A stretch of DNA of 64,000 nt from Styela clava (lineage: Eukaryota): assembly GCF_964204865.1 (NCBI RefSeq), contig NC_135251.1, positions 15,376,001 to 15,440,000 of the forward strand, in the 5' to 3' direction. Position numbers and translations under genes: made by a program. Under the pieces are notes generated by a model that made no database searches, was not told where the DNA came from, and worked only from the letters and a program-made list of their open reading frames with translations. Below, piece by piece: positions 53,110 through 64,000 of this stretch (position 1 is the first letter of the stretch; every line of letters starts with the position of its first letter).

Positions 53110-54020
53110 TTATTACTCATCGATCTTAAGATCGGTAAGTATATTGATAGGTATTTATCTGTATGTATGTGTGTATGTCTGTCTGTCTGTTAGATGCACG
53201 CGATATCTCACGAAGGCGTGGTTGAATCTGCTCCAAATTTTGCATGTGCATTCATCATATCTCGGACCAGAAGCCTATTGATTTTGGATGAATTATGTCG
53301 TATAATTAGCGAGTTATTAATTAATTAGTGATGAAGAGATCTGGATTTTCACAAATCGAGAGATTTACGAGACGCGCTGAATGTGTGTGTGCGTATCAGA
53401 TGCGCAAGTTTTCACGCTAGTGAGTCAGAGCGAAGGATACACACCGCTAGATCGTATCTCGTGATTAATCTTTGAGCCTTGTCCATATCTCTTTTGTAAC
53501 TTTGACGTCGTCGCGATGCGCAAGTTTCCTTCGAGAAATTTTCCACACTATTGAGTCAGAGCGAAGGATACACGCCGCGAGATCGTATCTCGTTACTTAT
53601 AATTACTCCTTAAAGTTTAAGCAATGTCCATATCCCTAAATCAGGTTCGGGGTTGCAGAATTCCTCACCAAAATATCGCTAGGCTGTGTTTGAATAGCCG
53701 TCGCAACCTGGGTTAGCGCCGTTGTATTTAACACAAACTATAGGATTGGTAAATACAGAAATAGGCTATTGGCTGGAAACTAATCGAAACAATCCAGTTC
53801 GGATTTGCAGAATTCTTCATAAAAGTATTTCCTCGAGTAGTATTTCGACGACACTGGGAGTTGGCTATTGTTTCCTACATTTCTGATATTGGCTGAAAAC
53901 TAATCAAAACAATCCAGTTCGGGTTTGCAGAATTTTTCGAATCGAAACCACAGTTTCTGTTTTGGGGGATCCCCTAACTTTCGATCGATAAGTCTTCGGT
54001 CTCTGACCGATATTCTCGTT
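53110..54020 (+). mobile_element. DINE-1/HINE-like repeat, long copy with internal tandem duplications
   Basis: Same 5' and 3' blocks as 4795-5088; 3' hairpin TCGGTCTCTGACCGA; internal units of about 120-130 bp repeated at about 53400-53595 and 53640-53940. Confidence 0.75.
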
Positions 54021-55065
54021 TATTAGTTTTGTATGACGTAATAATGATATTGCTCCGAAATTGTTATATTTTGCGTATACTGTATATTTGCATTTACTTC
54101 TTTTTATGACAATTTCATAAAACTGCAATATCCCACGCACTGTACACAAATATTTCCACAACAAAATACTTCATTCGACAAAGAAATAAACATCTTGTGC
54201 GGGTAGTGCACGTCTTTTTAAGAGTACAAACTTGGTCGTCGGAAGAATCTGGTATTGACCTACCTGTATACCCTATGTGGGCAGAGTCGGCGCTCCACAA
54301 TAAAATTTTATAAAGGCTCTACGCCTACAAGGCCAATTTCTAGTATTCCAGATTTAGGCCTATCATTTATTGTAATAACCATACTGTTTATTATGAGGAA
54401 CTAAAAAAGGATAACATTTTTGAAAAAACCGTTTGATTTAAACTTGATTCCTTACCGTTTTTAACGTCATTTCCGGCACAAAAGTATTGTATATCAGTTA
54501 GGAACGTATTATTATCCAATTTCCTGGTACAACCGAGACTCACGCTTGACACATATTATGGTCTGTGAGCGCCCAGACCTATTGATCAGCCAAGAGCTTG
54601 TCGTCATTATTACACGAAAACGTCAGTCTCGTCTGCATACAAGGCTGTACTACATTTGTCAAGAAGAGGCCTCAATCTACTAGTTGAATTTGAAGTTGTT
54701 TTCAACCATCCAGTTTGACTTATCATGCAAGTTACTTTCTCTCATGGTCAGTGCTTAATTAGCAATTTATCTACGAGCAGTAGTAGCTTAAACATTTTTA
54801 TACTAAGAAAGTTAGAATCACGCGGGTTGAATTCAACCGTAAATTTGAGCTATATCATATTTATTTAATTATATACAATTTAACGCAGATGTGCATTCAT
54901 AACACATCAATGTTTCAGGACTCGAATATTAGAACTTTAGGACTAGAATTAGCGATGTGGGTGTCTTTGTTTATTCAACAATGAATTTTTTTTACAGGGA
55001 AATTATTAAATAATCTATAATTTTATTCTATTGGTCAAGTACTTTTTAATTATCTGAAGATAATA

Positions 55066-57545
55066 ATGGCGTATTACCCAACATCACAAAATCTGGCAAT
55101 CGTTCCCGAACCAGCTCAACATGTTGTGGTCGCATCACCTGTTCATCCGGCCGAAAAGAACAAGAATGCTTTCACCATTATTGGGGTATGTTGGTAAAGA
55201 CCTTTAAGTAATTAAACTTCAAACTTGAAGTGATTTTTAGATAATAATTAATTACAGATATCTACCAAAATAATTTTATAATGAGATTAATGATTAAAGT
55301 CTATAACTATTCATTACGGGATTGGAAGAATATGATTCAAACAACCAAGCATGTTTTAATTTAAGTTTTATTTTTATTTATATCAAATGCATTTCAATGT
55401 CTAATTATATATATTAACTTTTAGATATGTCAATTGTTAATCGGTATCATCTGTGCGATCATTGGAGGTGTGTTGGCCTCACATACATCTCCTACTTCCA
55501 CTTCCAATACTGGAATCGGAGCTGGAGTATTGGTGAGACCGTTATTTAATTTGCATTTCACTTTGATTTTAAGGCGAATTCGTGACCGAACTCGTATTGT
55601 TTCGTTGCTTCAAAACAAACGAGGACGACTTAACATCCAATAAAACACAAATTTCAAACCCACTTGCTCCTGAATCGCACATGCACTCTATGTTTTATAA
55701 ACAGGTTTTAATGTAAGTGACCCGTTGTAAATCATTGTTTATAAAGATAACAAATAAACCATCTTTAGCAAAATTATAAATATAATCACTGAAATATTAT
55801 TTAGTCTTTGATATAAATTTGGCAACATTTGTCGTGCAAAAAGTATGTCACCTCTCTTTATCTGTAACTCCCATATTCATATATCCTAATTTTGCATTTC
55901 AGTACGCCATTACAGGGGGGTTGGCTTTGGCAACTGGAGCTGGTCCCACAAGTTGTAACGTAAGTGTTCATTAGACTACTTTTCTAATATAACCTATATA
56001 GTTCCAGGTTGAAGCATAATTAAACTGATTGGAATTTTATTCAATTGAGGGTTTTACCTATTTATTTAATTGAATTGCATCTCATAACTTGTATAATAAT
56101 AGCGTATCAAAGTTAACCAGCTATATCTAAAAATATAAATGTAATGCCGAATAGTATGAACTTGCAGATTCACCATACGACAATATAGCATTCAGAGTAT
56201 AACCTCACCTTGAACAGTATTTTACGTTGATAAAACACTTTTTCCTGTTTAAGATTTGGAATTATCGGATATACATTTTGGCCAGTCTCTTATACAAGCT
56301 TAATCCGTCATTGTATTCGGCACCTTACTTCTATTTAACGATATACCAAATATATTCAATCTATTTTTTTTTGGTAATAGGTTGTTGGAGGAATGGTCAT
56401 GGCTATTCTTTCGTCTCTTTCGGCAGGAATTACTGCAGCCTTCGCAGCATTTGCCTTAGCTGAACTGGACAGCTTAGAATATTCCTACTACACGGAAGTA
56501 AGATTAAAACAAATTATACTGTAATTGTTATTTTAAGAAACTTTTTGCATATTCTTAGTTTAGATCAAATGGGCCGTGGGTCATGTTTATACATTCCACA
56601 TTTTAATGCATGTCACTTCAAAGTGATCTTTTTCTGCTTATGTGGATATTCAGATTGTTGTTGTTGTTACATTATAATGTTTGAGTTTGTTCAAAGAGAA
56701 GCTTCGTAACAATTATAGTGAATTTAATTCTTCAATTTAATGAAAATTCATTTTTGTTCGTACAATTATTAGAATATCTTCAAAACACTTTAATTAGAAT
56801 TGAGAACATGCGCTAACGCTATTTAGCCTTTTATAAGTTGTAATTGGCAGAATAATTACATGATATTTCATTTGTAAAATAGTAGTTGTCAGACAAACCC
56901 GTTTGTATATTTTAGCCGAGCAGTGTCATTGCGATCATTGGAACAATATGCGGATTGTGTTTCCTCGAATTCTTCCTTGCAATTGTACATTCTGCGTACT
57001 GCTGTAGTGGAAGTTGCTGTGCCAGAACCAACCAAGTAAATATAAATATTCAGACATTTGAGAAAGATCTTTCATAGATCAAATTGATAGCCAATTAAAA
57101 TTTAATTTATTATACACCGACTATTAAACTTTGGGAATCGTATCTTGCAAGCTACGCTTCTTTTACCAAAATGTATTATTTTTGTTATTATATTTTATTA
57201 TTTTAACAAAACTATTTTAAATTTAAATATATTCATTATTGTGTTCTATCTTTCAGCCTGGAATGGTATTGCAAATACCACAACCTCATGCTGCACCTCC
57301 TGCGTATGGTAAGTCTACAGTCATTACTATTGATCATTCGAGTTTACAATGAATTAGGGCATCCTAGCATCATGAATATATATGAACATGTGCAACAGAT
57401 AATTTTGTTAATTATTCAAAAAACATGAATTCAAATATACGTTAACAACACTAGATTGTGATTAATATATAACAAAATTGTTTTTGACTTAACAGGCCAA
57501 ACAAAGAACCCCTACAAGCCTTTCACAAACGAACCAGAAGCATAA
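55066..57545 (+). CDS. MS4A-like paralog 4 (7 exons)
   Basis: Exons 55066-55185, 55425-55532, 55903-55959, 56381-56497, 56916-57035, 57257-57308 and 57496-57545. Tail ..CCSGSCC..HAAPPAYGQTKNPYKPFTNEPEA*. Confidence 0.85.
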
Positions 57546-60500
57546 AATGGTAAGATCATGAATGTACATATTATACTTTTTTTTTCTAACTTCACCATTG
57601 TCTTCAAGACCTATCCCCTTCTAGTCATTTACGTGTCATCCTCGCATTTTTCATCCTATCATATTGTTTAAATTACGTGTTACTTATACATTGATGCTCA
57701 CATATTTTTTTCAAATTTTCAGGTTATACCATCATAAGAGCGAGGTGAAGAAAAGCTGATTATTTTCCATGTACAATACGCTCGTAAATTAACAGCGGTG
57801 TAATTGTAAATTTGTGTATCTGCTGTAAAAAGTCTGCAAGTTGAAACAAATCACGAATATACTTTTACAGTTTAAAATAAAATTTCCATATTTTCATTTC
57901 GAAGATAAAATAGAATTCGTCAAATAAAGCAAATATGATTGCATTGCGCCTTTGTATCTTCTAAAGATCTCGAAAGTGGGTTACTGGGCGGACCATGTTC
58001 TATATTTGAAAAGCAAAACACCAACCATGATGCTGTGAGGTATAAATTTGTCGAAGAGATGTATATATTTGTCAAGTTTTCTGCAGAGCACATGAGTAAA
58101 ATCTGGGAATTTTGCTTTTTTGAGTTTATTACAGACCCACAGTTGTCCATCCATGCTTGATTCTAGTCAAGCTATATGAGGTATTTACAATAAACATAGA
58201 TTTCGCTGATGAACGTAACATCGAAGACTGCATCTTGACGATGAGAAACTTATCCCGGTCCCGAAGAAAAGTGAAATTGAAAAAATAAGTTCACCCGTAT
58301 CATTATGAACACCTTATATCAGATAAAAAGACGGTTTATTTTGACAAAAAATCGTATTACATTAGGTATAGAGGATACCATTAACCACGGCCAGAGGATA
58401 ACGTCCGAATGTAAATTGTAAACTAAAAAGCTCATGTCAAAATATGTAATATTCAAACTATTGGAACAAACTCAAATTATCTTTGCCTCAAAATATTTAA
58501 TTTGTTTTATGAAACTAAAAATCAGTATCTAGGATAATAGGTATTTAATGGCGGCACAGTGACAATCGAAGTCATCGTTACACTGAAAGACTAACAAAGT
58601 ATGTAAGATTCGCTCTTTTTGAAAGCAGCATAGGAACCACATCAATGTGGTATACTTGTTCAGTATAATCGGTGATACATAAATTTTCACCTCTTTGATG
58701 TCAATTCTAAATAAAATATTAAATAACATATACAGTATTAGCATATTTTTACTTTAGTTGGATATAATGTCAGTTTTGATGCAAATAATGTAGTTTTTAT
58801 GGACGAACAACAAGCAGATTCTATATGTGCGGTGTATGTAGAATGATAAAACTGATTTGTAAAACTATTTCATATTTTGGATACGCTATGGATGTCCCCC
58901 GAGCATTGACTTGCTTGCGATCTCACGGTAACAATGACTAATTCGTAAGAATTAAATATTGATATAATAATGAGTAAAATTAGCAGCGCTCTGATATGTT
59001 TACATATGTTAACTCCTTTGGTTTGGTAGTTTTGAAGGTATTTGTTCATTTTTGGTTATGTTTCCAAACAATTAGTATCTACGAAATGATTCAGTCGTCA
59101 TTTTGTTTTCGGAAATGTTCAAGTTTATTGGCATTGATGTAAAACTGCCAAAAGGGGCTATATAGGCTACCTGTCTGTAGTTTTTAATTGCTGCTTGAAC
59201 ATTTTTAAACAAAATGGCGATTTTAATGATAAAACAAGTTTGCACGGGTCAACTCGCGAAAATACTCTCAAAATAAATATATATCAAAAATCAAAAGTAT
59301 AAAAAAAAATTTTTGAGGCCACGGCTCGATGAAACATTCATTGCCAATCCCTTATACATACGACAGAAAAGTTGAACAGTTCCTCTCCTAACTTACAAAC
59401 AGTTAAATTCAATTACACTGAACCTTTATACTTTATTAAAATGTTGCATCGAATTGAAATCTAATGACAAATTTATTATCAAAAATAAACTATGATACGA
59501 AATGACTTTGATAAAATAACACACGTCGTTATGCACGGATGTCTGAAATAAACTCGACTATGCCTGTGGCAACCAATTAGCGGGAATTTCCCCTCTATGA
59601 GAAAGAATTCTTATACACGTGGCGTAAACATGTTCTTCTTTAAATGTGTCCGACGTGAATTCATTGATTTTATTGTAATTTTCAAACCAGTCTGAAATGG
59701 ATGGCATTTCTTGTCATTTTAATTGAGTCACTACTCATCCATCTTGTCAAACCGTAGTAGTATATATTTACGGTCAAACGAATGAAAATTTTGATTCACA
59801 GCAATCGGTGATCAACCTAATGAGTAGTAACCTTTAAAGAAAAAGAAAATTTGCCCATTCAAGTTAATCAGATGCTTTTAAATTTTTCACAGAGATTTAT
59901 TCACAACCTAGCAATACTATCACATGATAGCTTGTTTGTTACTGGATGAACACACAATATACGTCCTATTCTATTTGATATGTTATTAATAAAGGGAGCC
60001 CGAGGCAAAATGAAAAATAAAAAAAGAGATTTTCATCTCGAAAACGCCTTACGCAAAGCTTAGACTTGCAATGCTTGGAGGCGAGGCAGTAAACAAATGT
60101 TGGGAATATGCAAAGAGTTATGAAGAATATGTGTTTTTTTATTGGGAATGGATTTGTGAAGTTTGAAATACTTGTTTTGTTAATATTCAGTTCTCAGATT
60201 TGGTTTGATATATATTTTTTTTTGTATTAAGACAAGAACGAGAATGTTCAATATCGCGCTTCGGTGCCGGTATGACGAGGCTTCAGTCGTATAGCTGAGC
60301 GCCGACTTTGCTGGAAACATATGAAATATACGTTCCCATCGTACCCGTAAAAATGTATGTATTTAAAAGTCTTCTTGCGACTTGAATTATCTTTCATACT
60401 GAAAATTTGGAATATATTAGTTGCGGAGAAGAACGTTTTTTTCCAGGCAAGATTTAAAAAAACCACAACAACCACAAGGTTTCTAGCAAAACGATTCATT

Positions 60501-60882
60501 AGTCGACTCCGTGTCCAATAGTAGTGTTAATTTGAATCGTGAGTCTGAGAAATTAATTACATTTCTTCGTTTCTGCCAATTATTTCTATCTTGTTTCTAG
60601 AAATTGAGAGAGTATACTATTTTGCAAAATTGGGTTATTGATCTATTTGCAAATTTCGAAAATACAACTAAAGACTGACAAAAAGAAGCTAATGTTTACC
60701 ACCATGTCTAAAAACCTGTAAAAAAAAAAATTATACCTCAATGGTTTAGCGAAAAAAGCATTACGATTATGAAATAAAAAAAGAACGATGCATTCGAAAT
60801 CAAGAAGCAGCTGCAGTCCAAATTTAATACTCGAAAGGTCCGGTTTCGGACCGCGGTCCGCCAGTTTAGCCTTGCTCTATAG

Positions 60883-62328
60883 CAGTGATTTTCAACCTTT
60901 TTTGTACCGCGGAACACTTTTTATAGTCTAAAATTATGGCGGAACACCAAATGAGATTTTTGGTATTAAACTATATTATGCAATTAACTGACATCGATCA
61001 TTTCGACATAAAAATAAAATAACGGAATTGATAATATAACTTGTCCTCATTTAGCTGGAAAAGACGTGACACGTTCCGATTCAGAGCTAAAGTATGGTAC
61101 ACATAAATGTTTTTGAGAGTTTGCTTATGCATACTATAATAAGCTAGAAACAGGAATGGTATTTTAAGTGATATTTGGGGCTGTTACGATGAGTTTCAAA
61201 TATTTGATTCTGACTGGAATTGAAGTGACACAAACACGCAGCTTTTTTCAAACGTCTCTTTATTTCCCACGTTTTTCATCTTTCATAGTGGCCAATAGAG
61301 TGTTGGGTCCAATAACAATATTTTTACACACGACATGATTCCAGAACGTCGGAGGTCGGTTTGGAAATCAATAGAAAAATTGAAAATCGGCAACAAAGCG
61401 ATTTTTACTGGTTAATTTTGTCATAATCGATCATTTCTTGTCCCCTGTACGTTCTTATATTTCCGCTTTTTGTTCCTGTGCGCAATTATTAATTCTTGTG
61501 GGTCGGCGGAGATCAAAGTTTCATATTATTGGTATAACTATGCTATCACATCGGCGACAGATGTTAATGAAATTAAGGAATGATTTCAAAGCCCAAATTA
61601 ATTTTATTCAGATTTTTATCATTTGCATCGGCTTTAATCTAACTTATCGTCGTTTGCAAATTGAACGTCCCAGCAAATTAAACGTCCCAGACCCACAGTA
61701 CAAAGCTGTGATTGCGTGAATCTTAAATGGTTATTTAAAATTTGGAATAAGGGCATTTCTAAGTGACCGTTAGGCAAGTTGACGATAAAGAGCACGCCTT
61801 GCAGGAAAACGTATTGAAAACGTCTTCGTAACTCTTAATTTCCGATAATGCTTTTTATATTCCGGTCATGCGTGGAATGATTAATAACACCTTAATTCTA
61901 AATATCTTTTTGAATTGACGTTTCTTCTACATTAACGAAATAAATCCAAGCGATTGCTTTACCGGCGCGCGAGTTTCGTGACAAGCAGAGCGGTACAGGT
62001 CGCGTGGTATCGGATATACGAATAGTTTCCATTCGCTATTCGAATATTGTGTCCAGCCCTAGGTCGATCATGTTCAAAAATCTCGTTTAGCAAGGATAGG
62101 TAGTGAAAAATAGAAGCAAGATTGAAAGCGCTTTCTAGCAAAAATTGGAAATTTCTTGGAGGCCCCAATCCAGAAAGTTTTTAGAAGTACATCAACCCGC
62201 AGCCTAGTGTAATTTGTATAAGTTCATCGGCTGGTTGAATTTCAGTTATGACGTAATATTCTTTCAAAAAAGCAATTTTTCGCGGAACACCTGAAGCTCT
62301 TTCGCGGAACACCGGTTGAAAATCACTG
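60883..62328. mobile_element. 1.45-kb non-autonomous hAT transposon
   Basis: Perfect 15-bp TIR CAGTGATTTTCAACC / GGTTGAAAATCACTG; perfect TSD CTCTATAG (60875-60882, 62329-62336); subterminal GCGGAACAC repeats at both ends. Confidence 0.92.
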
Positions 62329-62828
62329 CTCTATAGTATACGCTATGACTATTATGTAATACGTTCCTTGTCTGCACGTCTGAAAAGCGAATGGACAGAA
62401 CAATCTCATACCAACCAAATTCGTGTGATTCTGCTAGTTTAATTGTATTAATACTAAATACACTACTAGTTCAACTTCATATGTTGAAAGTTATTAGGAA
62501 CACAATATCATAAAATATGAATAAAATTTTGTCCAAGTTCGATACTTTTCGCTGGATAAAGAATATCAATAAATCTACAATACTATGGATAATCCACTAC
62601 TAACGTTGCGAGTTGTCGGGAGAAAAATTTCAAATTCTAGTTATCGCAATTGTTTTCATGCAGGTTTGCATTGCTACTGGAGGTATTTCAATATCAAAAT
62701 ATAGTTTGAAAACACTTTAATCAATAGCAATGTGTGTGAAGCTTCTAATAACTGTAAATTCAGTATTTTGCGATTGTTTTCAGTTTATTCTAACTTGTAA
62801 CTGTAGCACATGCTGTAAATTGTCGAAT

Positions 62829-64000
62829 ATGGTCCGTCCACGTCATCCGGCCATAAAGTACAAGCCTGTCTTCCAGAAACTGGGGGTAAAAAAAATTTCA
62901 TGTTAATACTTATAAAATATAAAAAGAAAATATTTGATATATATTCTTTTAGAATATGTAGTAAATGGAAAAAACAGCTTTTCCTTGCATGCGAAATAAT
63001 TAAGAATTATACTCTCTGTTTCAGACTAGTCAGACGATTATTGGACTTATTCATATGATTTTGGCAGTTATCTCAACAATATTATCACCATCATTATCAT
63101 CATATTGTGCAATAGCGATTGGAGTGCTGGTTCGTATTGCGGGACATTCACTTACTATATTGAACCTTTTTTAATATTAGCACAAACTAGCGTACACTCA
63201 TGCTAAATATTTTTATTTTTCACGTTCTCGCTCGGAACATGACAATACTTCGACACAAATTTACATCAAATGATTCGAATTGGCATATCTACGATTTGTT
63301 CATCGTAAATAGGACTTACGTAAACTACTAACCATTAAACTTGGGTGCTGGCTCAGGATCAATGCTCTACTATAAGGCAATAGTCACACATACGTACTGT
63401 CTATCATGCCATTTCGCCTACAATTATACCCGATTGTTCTTTATTACGAAATATTCAATTCATCCTTTGCTTTTATCACATTTTCTTCATTCTTGTTCTA
63501 GTACCTAAGCACCGGACTTGTGGCTTCCTCGACTTCTAGAAGTCCCACCAACTGCAATGTAAGTTTCATTGTAGCAAAAATTTTCATATTTATATATAGC
63601 TTTCACTTACTTACCTAGATTAAAATAATATGCTATGCCGTTATTTGGCAAACTCAGTTCATTACTCGAATCGACCCAAACTAAAATTCGACTTTAGTTG
63701 AATATTATCTGGCGACTTGACCATGTGATTGAATGAAATTATTGCAGTTTACCCATCGGTCTTTTTTTTTTATCCCATTTTGATTTCCGTAACATTGCGT
63801 GGGGGTTATTTTTCAGCTGTATTAAGAAGATGTACTTTTTGTTCTGTAGATAAATTTATATATTTTTCTTATCACTTTCATTTTTTGAAAGCTACTTTAC
63901 ATTAGTGACTTTTCTGTCATCAATTCGTTGCTGTGGTGTAGATTGTCCCTATAAGTTATCCCAAACGCTGGTATTTGCATTTCAGGTGACTGGAGGAATG
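62829..64000 (+). CDS. MS4A-like paralog 5, 3'-truncated by window edge
   Basis: Exons 62829-62885 (MVRPRHPAIKYKPVFQKLG), 63025-63129, 63502-63558 (YLSTGLVASSTSRSPTNCN) and 63986 onward (VTGGM), with the same junctions as the other paralogs. Confidence 0.8.

Noticed and set aside
47600-54900. A sixth MS4A-like paralog in the gap between paralogs 3 and 4
   Set aside because: No HPA exon, 57-nt exon 3 or CC..CC exon found; a lone exon-like stretch near 49187-49228 does not match the family.
329-62168. Most 60-130 aa ORFs in the supplied track
   Set aside because: They are antisense shadows of real exons, exon read-through into introns, or chance ORFs in AT-rich or repeat DNA, many starting at non-ATG codons.

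Overview
AT-rich, intron-containing animal genomic DNA, not prokaryotic. The gene and repeat style suggests an invertebrate chordate such as an ascidian, which is inference only. In order, the window holds: the 3' ten exons of an SLCO/OATP transporter (+); a spliced coiled-coil gene with four in-frame TAR stops and three frameshifts (probable pseudogene, +); a complete 7-exon mitochondrial Obg GTPase MTG2 (-) lying almost directly behind an intronless SUMO2/3-like gene (-), which looks like a two-gene operon; a truncated and an intact single-coding-exon MARVEL-like 4-TM gene among local duplication relics; and a tandem array of five divergent MS4A/CD20-like tetraspan genes with a shared exon structure and PPxY/YxxF tails, the last running off the window. 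Non-coding DNA carries many non-autonomous elements: hAT MITEs with nnnTAnnn TSDs, GG..CC palindromic MITEs with 8-9 bp TSDs, DINE-1/HINE-like repeats, a tRNA-type SINE and a pogo-like MITE. All exon structures were assembled by eye from GT-AG sites and reading-frame continuity; no database search was run.
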